From Candidatus Latescibacterota bacterium (lineage in GTDB: Bacteria; Latescibacterota; UBA2968; UBA8231), in NCBI GenBank assembly GCA_965208105.1, contig OZ242318.1:1600001-1664000 (forward strand): 64,000 nt of DNA, read 5' to 3'. The notes below the pieces were generated by a model. It was not told where the DNA came from and made no database searches. It saw only the letters and a list, made by a program, of their open reading frames with translations. This document shows positions 46,256-55,062 of the stretch, piece after piece. Position numbers and translations under genes: made by a program. Each line of letters starts with the position of its first letter. The stretch's first letter is position 1.

Positions 46256-48415
46256 ATGAAGGATGCCATATCCGCTCTCGTCGATCTGTCCGGACCCACC
46301 GGGCGGATGCCCTTTCACCTCTCCCCTGACGGACGGCTACTCGCGCTCGGCCTACAGGAGCGTGGCGACCGCCCGCGGGGACCGAAGTTCGACCAGTGGG
46401 GAGTCCCCCGGGAAATGGCCGGCAGTTCGGTGGTGGTCGTCGATACCGCCACCGGTAAATCGACACGGCCCTTCCCCGAAGGCAGCGAGAGCTGGGGGGC
46501 CCGGTGGTCTCCGTCGGGCGACAGGCTGGCGGCCTGCGTGCGCCACGAGGGAGTCGCGTGTCTGGGCATTTGGGAAGTTGGAACGGGGGAGATCGAGCTG
46601 CTGCGGGAGGCTCCTGTGCTGGTCCGCTATGGCTTCGATCTGCCCCAGTGGACCCCCGATGGAGAGGGGATTGTAGTGCCCCTCTGGCCTGCCGGCCGCG
46701 AATACCGGGAGGACGAGGACGATCCCGTGCCCGAAATCGACGTCAGGTCCTTCGATCCCGAGGCGGCGACCGAGGCCGATCCCGCTATAACAAGGCGGCG
46801 GTGCGACCTGGGCCATGTCAGCCTCTCGACCGGATCCGCCACCAGGCTGCTCCGGCAATGGGACTCCGGACATTGGCGCATCGCTCCCGACGGCCGCCAC
46901 GTGGCCTGCACCCGCCACCTCGAATATGTAGCGCGCCTGCAGTACTCCCTGTCCGAGCTTTTCACCGTGGATATTGAGACTGGCGTGGAGAGGGTGCTCA
47001 CCTCGGACATGGCCGGCGCCTTCAGCATCAACTACGCCTGGTCCCCGAATTCTGCCCGCATCGCCTATACCTCCTGCGGCAGAGGCCGGCCCGACGAGCT
47101 GTTCATCGTCGCCGCCGACGGCTCCCAGGAGCCGGTAAATCTGACTCCAGGGCCCGAGTTCGACCTCCTGCTGAAGTACGACACCCCGCGATGGAGTCCG
47201 GATGGATCGAAGCTGCACTCGCTCGGCGGCAGGGACTGGTGGCAGTTCGACCTGGAATCCGGCCGCCACAGCCGCGCTTCGGTCCCCGAAGAGTGGACCC
47301 TGCGCCATTGGATCGCCCGGCCGGCGCAACCCACGCTGCAACTGACCCGGGCCGGGGACCTGCCCGTCGTCCTGCGGAACCAGGCCGACCTGAGCGAGCA
47401 GGTGGCCCATCTGGACCAGGACGGTGAGTTGAGACAGGCGGCGGATATACCGGGCACCTGCGTGAGCCGCGTCTGGCACATGGAGGTGGACGATTCCTCC
47501 GGGTGCTGCTACCTGATGGCGGAGGAAGCGCACCGTCCGCCCTCGGTGCTGCGCATCAAGACTGGAAGCCATGACTGGCTATTCTGCGTGGCTCCCGAGG
47601 TCCAGGGGTCCATGCTCGGCCGCAGTGAGCTCATCGACTTCGCAGCGGGCGGCAGGCAATGCCGGGGAACGATGCTGCTTCCTCCCCAGGCGAACCCGCC
47701 GTACCCGATGATCGTCAGCGTGTACGGAGGCTACCGAGGCGCGGAGGTGATCAATCGCTTCGGCCTCCAGGGAGCTCCCCACGCCGTCGAGCCGCAGCTC
47801 CTGTGCGGCGCCGGCTACGCGGTGCTGCTACCGGAGGTGCCGCTGGGAGAGAGGGACCCGATGGCCGGTCTGGTGGAGCCGGTACTGGCCGCGGTGGAGC
47901 GGGCGGTCGAGCTCGGTCTGGCCGACGACGGGCGCGTGGGTCTGATGGGGACGAGCTACGGCGGCTACAGCGTGGTGTCGCTGATCGCGCAGACCGAGAG
48001 GTTCCGGGCCGCACTGGCCGTTGCCCCTTGGGGTGTGAACATGATGAGCATCTACGCCCGGCAGAATGGCGGAGGCATAGGCTGGTGCGAAACCGGCCAG
48101 GCCCGCCTGGGGGGCTCGCCCTGGGAGAACCGGGAAGCCTACATCGAGAACTCGCCCTTCTTCCTCCTGGACCGGGTGTCCACCCCCCTGCTGGTGGTCT
48201 GCGGCACAGGGGACCAGCCCGGCTCCAACCAGGCCGAGGAGACCTTCGTCGCCCTGCGCCGGCTAGGAAAGCGCGTCGAGCTGCGGCTCTACAGGGACGA
48301 GGGCCACGGCACAAGTTCCTGGTCCCGCCATGCCCTCGACGATCTCTACCGGCGCGTCCTGGAATGGTTCGACTGCCACCTGGCCGAGGGGCAGACCCAC
48401 GAGGAAATCGCTTAA
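46256..48415 (+). CDS. S9 family peptidase
   Basis: WSP propeller repeats, GTSYGG, GTGD, DEGHG; GGAGG RBS before MKDAIS. Confidence 0.88.
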   Translation: MKDAISALVDLSGPTGRMPFHLSPDGRLLALGLQERGDRPRGPKFDQWGVPREMAGSSVVVVDTATGKSTRPFPEGSESWGARWSPSGDRLAACVRHEGVACLGIWEVGTGEIELLREAPVLVRYGFDLPQWTPDGEGIVVPLWPAGREYREDEDDPVPEIDVRSFDPEAATEADPAITRRRCDLGHVSLSTGSATRLLRQWDSGHWRIAPDGRHVACTRHLEYVARLQYSLSELFTVDIETGVERVLTSDMAGAFSINYAWSPNSARIAYTSCGRGRPDELFIVAADGSQEPVNLTPGPEFDLLLKYDTPRWSPDGSKLHSLGGRDWWQFDLESGRHSRASVPEEWTLRHWIARPAQPTLQLTRAGDLPVVLRNQADLSEQVAHLDQDGELRQAADIPGTCVSRVWHMEVDDSSGCCYLMAEEAHRPPSVLRIKTGSHDWLFCVAPEVQGSMLGRSELIDFAAGGRQCRGTMLLPPQANPPYPMIVSVYGGYRGAEVINRFGLQGAPHAVEPQLLCGAGYAVLLPEVPLGERDPMAGLVEPVLAAVERAVELGLADDGRVGLMGTSYGGYSVVSLIAQTERFRAALAVAPWGVNMMSIYARQNGGGIGWCETGQARLGGSPWENREAYIENSPFFLLDRVSTPLLVVCGTGDQPGSNQAEETFVALRRLGKRVELRLYRDEGHGTSSWSRHALDDLYRRVLEWFDCHLAEGQTHEEIA
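48315..48372 (+). repeat. 58-bp direct repeat, copy 1 (3' end of the S9 gene)
   Basis: 52/58 identical to 50103..50160 (hand-aligned). Confidence 0.85.
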
Positions 48416-48444
48416 GAATACTTCTCGAACCCATGGGAGGAGAT

Positions 48445-50091
48445 ATGTGGCCGACCCTGCGAGACTTCCTCAGAGTGCCCGGCGAGCTTACGGGCAAGGG
48501 TGTTCGCATTGCCGTCGTCGACGGGGATTTTCCCAGCCATCCCGATATCACCAGCAACGAACGACGCACGACCTGGAAAGTGATGGTGATGGAGCCGGAC
48601 CCGCAGCCCAGGGTGCTCGCGGCGGAGCCAGGACCATGGAAAGGAGGCGCTCATGGCCTGTGGGCGGCGGCCTCGGCGGCCGGATCCGGTGCCGAATCCC
48701 GGGGCCTGTACCGGGGTATGGCGCCGGAAGCCGATCTTTTCCTCGTAGCCGAGTACTTCCCCGGCCAGGGAGAAGACCCCGAAGGGCGGTATGCGGCTCA
48801 TCTCAAGGCGCTGGAATGGGTCCGGGACAACTGGAGGGAGCACGAGATACGAGCCGTATTGTCGGCGCGCCGATGTGGAGTCGACTCGAGCCTTCTGCCC
48901 TGGCAAACCGAGCCAGTGCGCATCTTGTGCGAAGAAATAGCGGCCGCAGGAGTGCTGGTAATGGCAGGGTCGGGGAATACCTCCGACCGCACCGCCGGGA
49001 CTACCGAAGCCGCGGCTCCGTCGGTCCTTTCCGTCGGCGGGATCGCGATCCCTCCAGAAGGGGACCTGGACCGGGCGGAAATGTTTCCGGGGAGCCGGGG
49101 TACGACCTTCGAAGGAAAATGGATTCCGGAGATTCTGGCGCCGGCGGAGAACGTCGTCCTTCCCCATGGAACCGATGAAGAGGTCGACAGCCACTTCTAC
49201 GGCAGGATAGACGATCTTCCACGGGGCTATGCCCGCGAACTCGGGACATCGTTCTCGGGGCCGATCGCTCTTGGAGCAGCAGCGTGCGTGTGGCAGGCGC
49301 ATCCGGACTGGACATCCCGGGAGATGAAAACGGCCCTCATCGCTTCGTCGCTTAAGCGTCCACGGTGGTCGGACCTGCGCGCCGGCCTGGTCTCGGTCGA
49401 AGGCGCTGCGGCGATGGCAGGCCCGCAGGACCCACCGGCGGCGTTCCCCTATCAGACCTGGTCAGCCTGGCGCAAGCACCCGGTCGAATCCCGGATCGAC
49501 CGGCTCGGTTCCGCCGATTCCGACCAGGTAAAGGATATCATTCTTTCCTTTCTCGGCGATGCACTCCCCAACGAGGCCCTCAAACCAATCGGTGAGTGTT
49601 CAACCCATCTGACACCCGGGGTTCGCGCCGCTGCCCTTTGCGCCCTTGCAAGCGAAGCGCCGGAGGTGGAACCTGATCGCATCGCGGAAGGAATTGGGGA
49701 CGATTCGCCGATTGTCCGATCAGCGGCGGTACATCTTCTGCAAAATTGCCGGGCTTTGTGGTCAGAGTGCGGCGCATCTCTGATCCCCCTCTTCAATGAC
49801 CCCAGCCTGGATGTCCGCTATGTATCCGTTCGCCTCGCCGAAAGGATGGCTCATCCGCGCTTTGCAGAGGCAATCGCCTCCGGTCTCGAAGAGGACGCCC
49901 GCCACGATCGAGCATGCCACTTCGGGACACGAAGAGAGGCATTGGAAGCGATAACCGGCCATCGCCTGCCGCAGAATCCCTCTTACGTGCATGGACATCC
50001 GCATTACTCGGGCAAGCTCCGTCATGGGCGCCTGGACCTGGCGCATCGGTGGGAGGATTGGCTCCGAAATGACTGGCCGGGCAGGGCGTGA
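48445..50091 (+). CDS. S8 subtilase-family serine peptidase with C-terminal HEAT repeats
   Basis: TGKGVRIAVVDGD, AHG, YRGMAPEA, GSGN, GTSFSGP; C-terminal VRAAALCAL, IVRSAAVHLL, DVRYVSV; GGAGG RBS. Confidence 0.85.
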   Translation: MWPTLRDFLRVPGELTGKGVRIAVVDGDFPSHPDITSNERRTTWKVMVMEPDPQPRVLAAEPGPWKGGAHGLWAAASAAGSGAESRGLYRGMAPEADLFLVAEYFPGQGEDPEGRYAAHLKALEWVRDNWREHEIRAVLSARRCGVDSSLLPWQTEPVRILCEEIAAAGVLVMAGSGNTSDRTAGTTEAAAPSVLSVGGIAIPPEGDLDRAEMFPGSRGTTFEGKWIPEILAPAENVVLPHGTDEEVDSHFYGRIDDLPRGYARELGTSFSGPIALGAAACVWQAHPDWTSREMKTALIASSLKRPRWSDLRAGLVSVEGAAAMAGPQDPPAAFPYQTWSAWRKHPVESRIDRLGSADSDQVKDIILSFLGDALPNEALKPIGECSTHLTPGVRAAALCALASEAPEVEPDRIAEGIGDDSPIVRSAAVHLLQNCRALWSECGASLIPLFNDPSLDVRYVSVRLAERMAHPRFAEAIASGLEEDARHDRACHFGTRREALEAITGHRLPQNPSYVHGHPHYSGKLRHGRLDLAHRWEDWLRNDWPGRA

Positions 50092-50102
50092 GGCTCGACC
50101 GG

Positions 50103-50173
50103 GTTCCTGGTCCCGCGATGCCCTCGCCGACCTATTCCGGCGAGTCCTGGAATGGTTCGATCGGGGTTTTTGA
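50103..50173 (+). pseudogene. Remnant 3' end of an S9 peptidase paralog (direct repeat copy 2)
   Basis: Encodes SWSRDALADLFRRVLEWFDRGF*, versus SWSRHALDDLYRRVLEWFD in the intact gene. Confidence 0.75.
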
Positions 50174-50284
50174 TCGGGATTCAAGAACACGAATGAAGGA
50201 TTCCATATCTCATTCAGGTAGTTGAGCCGGTCAATTGTGCCGGGGAGTTGGATTTTCTACCTTGGGCACCAGCGATAATTCCCC

Positions 50285-51556
50285 ATGAACGGCGGTGCCT
50301 TGCCCAACGTAGAAGCAGAACTGAACGGCGTGACCTACCGCATGCCGGACTCCCCGGTGGCGGTGGTATGCGTCGACGGTGGCGACCCGGAGTACTTCGA
50401 GGCGGCCGCAAGGGCCGGCGCCGTGCCCACCGTATCCCGCTTCATGGCAGCGGGCTTCAGCGCCATCGCCCACTGCGGCATTCCAAGCTTCACCTGTCCC
50501 AACAATATCTCCATCGCCACCGGGGCTCCGCCCAGCGTGCACGGCATCTCGGGGAACTTTTATCTCGACCGCGAGACCGGCCAGGCCGTGGTCATGACCG
50601 GACCCGAGCTGATGCGGTGCCGTACCATCTTCGACGTGGTGTCGAAGACGGGTGTCAGAACGGCGGTCATAACCGCGAAGGACAAGCTCCGCAAGCAGCT
50701 CGGCAATGGACTGGATGTCAGCGCCGGCAACGTCTGCTTCTCCTCCCAGCACGCCGACCGCTGCAGCAGGAGCGAACACGGCATTGCGGACGGGCTGGGC
50801 CTGGTGGGACAGCCTCTTCCAGGCATGTACTCCTGGGAGCTGTCGCTCTTCGTGCTCGACGCGGGGATCAGGCTCCTCGAGCAGGACGATCCGCCGGCCC
50901 TGCTCTACCTCTCCCTGACCGACTACGTCCAGCACAAGTTCGCCCCCGACCATGAGGAGGCCCTCGCCTTCTACGCGGCGATGGATAGCCGGTTCGCCCG
51001 GCTCGAGCAGTTGGGTGCGACCGTGGCCCTGGTCGCCGATCACGGCATGAAGGACAAGTGCGCCGCCGACGGAAGCTACAACATCGTCTACCTGCAGGAC
51101 CTCCTGGACGAGCGCTTCGGCCCCGGCGCCGCCACGGTCATCTGCCCGATCACCGACGCCTTCGTGGGCCACCACGGGTCCCTCGGCGGCTTCGTCCGCG
51201 TCTACTGTTTCGGCGGGTTGCAACCGGCGGCGGTGGCCGACTACATCCGCCCCATCGAGGGAATCGAGGAGGTGCTGCAGCGCGAGGAGGCGGCAAGCCG
51301 GTTCGACCTTCCCCTGGACGTCGAAGGCGACGTGGTGGTGCTCGCCACCGAGGATTATTGCGTCGGTATGAAACGAGCGGACCACGACCTCGCCGATCTG
51401 CACGGCGAGCGCCTGCGGTCGCATGGCGGCCTATCCGAACGGTCCGTGCCGTTCATCATCAGCCGTCCGCTCAGTGCCGAGTACAGCGCCCGCGCCAAGG
51501 GCGAGCAGCTGATGAACCATCAGATCTTCGACTACGCCATGAACGGCACCGCCTGA
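50285..51556 (+). CDS. phnA: Phosphonoacetate hydrolase
   Basis: VVCVDG, PSFTCPNNISIATG.PP.VHGI.GN, YLSLTDYVQHK, ADHGM, LRSHGG. Confidence 0.88.
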   Translation: MNGGALPNVEAELNGVTYRMPDSPVAVVCVDGGDPEYFEAAARAGAVPTVSRFMAAGFSAIAHCGIPSFTCPNNISIATGAPPSVHGISGNFYLDRETGQAVVMTGPELMRCRTIFDVVSKTGVRTAVITAKDKLRKQLGNGLDVSAGNVCFSSQHADRCSRSEHGIADGLGLVGQPLPGMYSWELSLFVLDAGIRLLEQDDPPALLYLSLTDYVQHKFAPDHEEALAFYAAMDSRFARLEQLGATVALVADHGMKDKCAADGSYNIVYLQDLLDERFGPGAATVICPITDAFVGHHGSLGGFVRVYCFGGLQPAAVADYIRPIEGIEEVLQREEAASRFDLPLDVEGDVVVLATEDYCVGMKRADHDLADLHGERLRSHGGLSERSVPFIISRPLSAEYSARAKGEQLMNHQIFDYAMNGTA

Positions 51557-51569
51557 CCGGGACCGGGGC

Positions 51570-51603
51570 AAATAAAAACGCGGAGCAGCCAGGCCGCTCC
51601 GCG
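51570..51603 (-). terminator. Intrinsic terminator after the Spy/CpxP gene
   Basis: Minus strand CGCGGAGCGGC-CTG-GCTGCTCCGCG followed by TTTTTATTT. Confidence 0.7.
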
Positions 51604-51628
51604 CATCGATCGATATGGGGTTTGCTGG

Positions 51629-52207
51629 TTACCGCTTGCCGCGCCAGCGTTTTCCTCTGCTGTAAAACGCCTCGTCCTTCATCTCCTCGAGCCTTTCGCG
51701 CTGCTCGTCCGTCAGGACCTTCTCCAGGGCGGTGCGGTGCTTTTTGCGCGTGGCGCGCATCTCCTCGCGCTGCTCCTTGCGCAGCTCCCCGATCTGTTCC
51801 CTCTGCTCGTCGGTCAGGTCCAACTTAGCGAAGGGCCTTGCGCCGCGCCCTATGCCTTCACCATCCGTGCCCCAGCGGCCGCGCCTGCCGAAAAACTCCC
51901 CGCCCTCGGCCCGCATTTCCCTCACGGCCTCCAACTGCTCTTCGGTCAGAGTTCCAATAACGGCCTGGCGATGCTCCCTGCGCATGGCCGCCATGGCCCG
52001 GCGCTGCTCGCCCAGAGCTTCCCTGTGCCCCCGGCGCAACTCGCGCAACTGTTCCTTCTGCTCACCGGTCAAATCGAGATGATCCAGCATCCTTGCCATG
52101 GGCTGTCTGTGCTCCCACATCCCCTTTCCCCCCTGGGCGACTGCGACGGTTATGAGCGCGCCGAGTGTCAGCGCGGCTCCGGCTGAGATGATCCATTTCG
52201 TTTTCAC
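51629..52207 (-). CDS. Spy/CpxP family periplasmic protein (LTxxQ repeats)
   Basis: Signal peptide; LDLTGEQ, TLTEEQ, LDLTDEQ, VLTDEQ. Confidence 0.85.
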   Translation of the reverse strand: MKTKWIISAGAALTLGALITVAVAQGGKGMWEHRQPMARMLDHLDLTGEQKEQLRELRRGHREALGEQRRAMAAMRREHRQAVIGTLTEEQLEAVREMRAEGGEFFGRRGRWGTDGEGIGRGARPFAKLDLTDEQREQIGELRKEQREEMRATRKKHRTALEKVLTDEQRERLEEMKDEAFYSRGKRWRGKR

Positions 52208-52309
52208 TTTTCCTTCTCCGCGTTGGTTGGGTTCACCGCCCCATTGGGCGGCTGCTGAGAAACGGCCATTTCTCCTCTCTCACCCATTTAGACCGCAGCA
52301 CCGATCCAT

Positions 52310-52414
52310 TCATTCCCGCATGGTATAATTTTTCCCTCGGCAGCCGGTCCAGCTCCGGCTCGGGGCGATGCCCCAGATGTAGTTCGCGATCCAGTTGAGG
52401 TCGCCGTTGCTCAT
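52310..52414 (-). pseudogene. hsdM: Truncated type I R-M methyltransferase (HsdM) N-terminus
   Basis: AGGAG RBS plus MSNGDLNWIANYIWGIA (resembles the HsdM start ..NWIANFIWGIADDVLRD), then unrelated residues and a stop after 34 aa. Confidence 0.65.
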
Positions 52415-53226
52415 TCTCCTGGTTCTCCAAGAGGTGTGAGGGCTGAGGAAGGTCCGAGTGGCGACGCCTTCGCGGCGGAAGAATTCACCGGCCTGAGGGT
52501 ATAGGCGATGCGGGCATAGTAGAACCTGCTCAGCCCCTCGAAGCCGGAGTCGGTGCCGACGATGAGCCAGAGCCCGCCTTCGCCGTCGGTGGTTACACGC
52601 ACCGGATTGTCGGCATTGTCAAGGGATTTCAGCCGGTATTCATCGCCTTCCACCTCGGGGTGGGCGGCGTTTCCCACCACGACCATGGTTTCGCCGCTGT
52701 TGGCCTGGTTCCCCTTGTCGATGTTCATTCTGAGGTTTTCACCCACGGCCTGTGGTTCGACGGTGGAGGCGCCTACTTTGACGAACACGCTCTCTCCCGG
52801 CGATCCTCCGATTCCGACCAGGCCGGCGGCAACATTGGTCGCCAGGTCGAGGGAGGCGAATACCTCGTAGTCCGCATCCTCCATGAGCCCGTCGATCCGC
52901 CTCTTGAAGAACATGAACAGGTCGTCGCTGCGATTGTGTCCCTGGATGTAGAGGCCATTGCCTTCGAGGCCAGGGGGAAGAGGGCGATGACCGGAGTCGA
53001 GTTCGTAGATGGACGGATCGAAGTCGGCCGGAAGGTCGGCGAATCCGGCGGTCCAGCCCTCCGCGCCGCTTTGAAAGGTGAATTGGAACTCGGTCTCCGT
53101 TGTCCCCTGGTTGGAGGTGCAGGAGGTCCCCGCCAGGCAGGCGACGAGGGCAGCGGCGGCCACAGCAGCATGCGCCATCCGGCGAATCAGGGTCTGATCA
53201 TCAGGGTATGGGCTGGAGTTTCTCAT
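52411..53226 (-). CDS. Hypothetical lipoprotein
   Basis: Signal/lipobox ..LVACLAGTSC; conserved-looking blocks GFADLP, NRSDDLFMF, GIGGSPGESVFVK, MNIDKGNQ, GTDSGFEG. Start may be 53178. Confidence 0.65.
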   Translation of the reverse strand: MRNSSPYPDDQTLIRRMAHAAVAAAALVACLAGTSCTSNQGTTETEFQFTFQSGAEGWTAGFADLPADFDPSIYELDSGHRPLPPGLEGNGLYIQGHNRSDDLFMFFKRRIDGLMEDADYEVFASLDLATNVAAGLVGIGGSPGESVFVKVGASTVEPQAVGENLRMNIDKGNQANSGETMVVVGNAAHPEVEGDEYRLKSLDNADNPVRVTTDGEGGLWLIVGTDSGFEGLSRFYYARIAYTLRPVNSSAAKASPLGPSSALTPLGEPGE

Positions 53227-53325
53227 CAGGTACGATCCGGTTAAGGAAGGGAACACTCGGGCGGTCAGACGATAGACCAGCAGGAGCACCTCTGCTCGAC
53301 GATTGGAAGAGGTCTTCGACTGCAG

Positions 53326-53394
53326 GCCCTGTTCCTGCCCCCGGGTCGGACTCAGGTCGGCCCAGCGGATTTCTCCCCTCAATATTCGGGCCAA
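53326..53394 (-). pseudogene. Truncated PemK/MazF-family toxin N-terminus
   Basis: MARILRGEIRWADLSPTRGQEQG (MazF RGE..WADL.P..G.EQ motif) overlaps the antitoxin end. The expected RPVLV continuation is absent. Confidence 0.75.
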
Positions 53395-53621
53395 TTTTTC
53401 AGATCCTCCGCGATTCCCTCATCGGCCAGCCCTTGTTCGGCTACGGGGTCCAATTTCGCACATTCACTGGCAAGACGGCCACGGCTGAGCCGTTCCAGTT
53501 TTTCAGCTACGGCTTCCTGGATCACCTGACTTCGGTTTTTATATGCACGCTGACCCACCAAGTAGTCCAGTTGCCTGACGATTTTTTCGTCCAGGGTAAT
53601 CGCGATCTTTGCTTTGATCAT
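53379..53621 (-). CDS. Ribbon-helix-helix (CopG-like) antitoxin
   Basis: KIAITLDE..V..LD.LV......NRSQVIQEAV; overlaps the toxin start. Confidence 0.85.
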   Translation of the reverse strand: MIKAKIAITLDEKIVRQLDYLVGQRAYKNRSQVIQEAVAEKLERLSRGRLASECAKLDPVAEQGLADEGIAEDLKNWPEY

Positions 53622-53728
53622 GACGAATCCTCCATGGTTTGACGATCTTTCATTCCACATCAGTTTGTCAACTGCCAACCTGGATTTTCACCGCCACTGC
53701 GGGGTCCGGCCATGCCCCCGCGACCGGC

Positions 53729-54970
53729 TCACGGCGCGTAGCGATAGACCACGGTCAACTGCGCCGCGTCCGTGATGCCCGAGTCCGCGTGGTAGTAGAT
53801 GTTCACGCGGCCCGTGCCGCAGTCGCCGAATTCGTCGCAGGCGAGTTCGCCGATGATTCCCTGGAAGCCGGCCGTCTCCCCGATCTCCCGGCGCAGGTCG
53901 CCCCGGTCGATGTACAACTTCCCGCCCTCCTCCACGGCGACGGATTCGATGGCGCTGAGAAGCAGGGTGGTGGCGTCGTATGCGTGAAAAATGAAGTTGG
54001 CGTCGGCGGCATCCTTGTACGCGGCCGACAGCGCCCTGGCGTCCTTGCCGGTCACCTGATTGGCGTTGCCGCCGAAATCCGAGTCGTGCCCCGAGAGATA
54101 GACCCCTTCCGATTCCGGCTTTGCGAGGAACTCCTGCGTGGCGGTGGAGGAGCCGGCGATGAGCGTTGCCTCTTCCAACTGCTCCACCTTCCTCGCCTGG
54201 CTGACGAAATGGTAGCCCTCGGCCGCAAAAAGCGGAAGGAAGATGCCGTCCGGTCCGGCGGCGGCGAAATTCTCCAGCACCGCGCTCATGTCCGTGTCGC
54301 CCTTGTCGACGGTGGCGACGGCGACCACCTCGCCGCCGAGGGCGCTGAAGGCGTTGACGAAGGAGGTGGCGAGGCCGTGGGTGACCGAGTCGCCGTCGTG
54401 CACGGCGGCCATCCGCCGCAGACCCAGCTCGTCATGGGCGAAGTGGGCGACCGCCCGCGCCTGGTAGAGGCCGTTGCTGTAGACGCGGAAGTAGCCGGGA
54501 TGGTAGTCCGGCCCCGGGTTGCCCGCCAGGTCCGAGGTGAGATCGGGGGAGGCGTTCGCCGGCGAGATCATCGCCAGCCCGGCCACGCTGAGCACGGGGG
54601 AGGCACCCACCGACGCCTCGGAACAGGCCGGTCCGATGACACCCACCACCTGGGGGTCGGCCGCGATCGCCCGCGCGCCCTCGGCGCCGCCTGCGCTCGA
54701 ACACCTGGTATCCAGCGGCTGGCCGAGTGAAACCGCGCGGCCGTGGATGGAGCCATGGTCCTCGGCCGCCAGCTCGATGGCCTCCTGGATCGATTCGGCA
54801 ATACTCTTCACCCCGGTGAGCGGCAGCATGGAGCGCACCTGCACAGCCGCGCCCGCGCCGACTTCGACCGCGCCGAGCGCTCCCGCCTCGAAGCCGAGCG
54901 GCTCTTCCTTTTCTCCGCACCCTGACGCGAGGGCGGCAAGCAATGCTACGAGGAAAACTCTGTTGACCAT
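53729..54970 (-). CDS. Branched-chain amino acid ABC transporter substrate-binding lipoprotein
   Basis: Lipobox LASGC, VVGVIGPACS, MISPANASPDLT, YFRV, AYDA, FQGIIG. Start MVNRVF. Confidence 0.88.
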   Translation of the reverse strand: MVNRVFLVALLAALASGCGEKEEPLGFEAGALGAVEVGAGAAVQVRSMLPLTGVKSIAESIQEAIELAAEDHGSIHGRAVSLGQPLDTRCSSAGGAEGARAIAADPQVVGVIGPACSEASVGASPVLSVAGLAMISPANASPDLTSDLAGNPGPDYHPGYFRVYSNGLYQARAVAHFAHDELGLRRMAAVHDGDSVTHGLATSFVNAFSALGGEVVAVATVDKGDTDMSAVLENFAAAGPDGIFLPLFAAEGYHFVSQARKVEQLEEATLIAGSSTATQEFLAKPESEGVYLSGHDSDFGGNANQVTGKDARALSAAYKDAADANFIFHAYDATTLLLSAIESVAVEEGGKLYIDRGDLRREIGETAGFQGIIGELACDEFGDCGTGRVNIYYHADSGITDAAQLTVVYRYAP

Positions 54971-55062
54971 TGCCGTACATCTCCTGATGGTTTTGCGCGT
55001 GGGCGTTGCGAATTCAATCCAGGTCGCGGATCGCGGGTCCAGGAAATGGAACGCCTGGCACC

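Noticed and set aside
47659-48444. N-terminal extension of the S8 ORF (810 aa in the track)
   Set aside because: Overlaps the S9 gene in another frame and is low-complexity; a strong GGAGG RBS supports the start at 48445.
52411-53394. 327-aa ORF as a functional MazF-lipoprotein fusion
   Set aside because: Only ~23 toxin residues remain and an internal signal peptide/lipobox follows. Better explained as a deletion scar.
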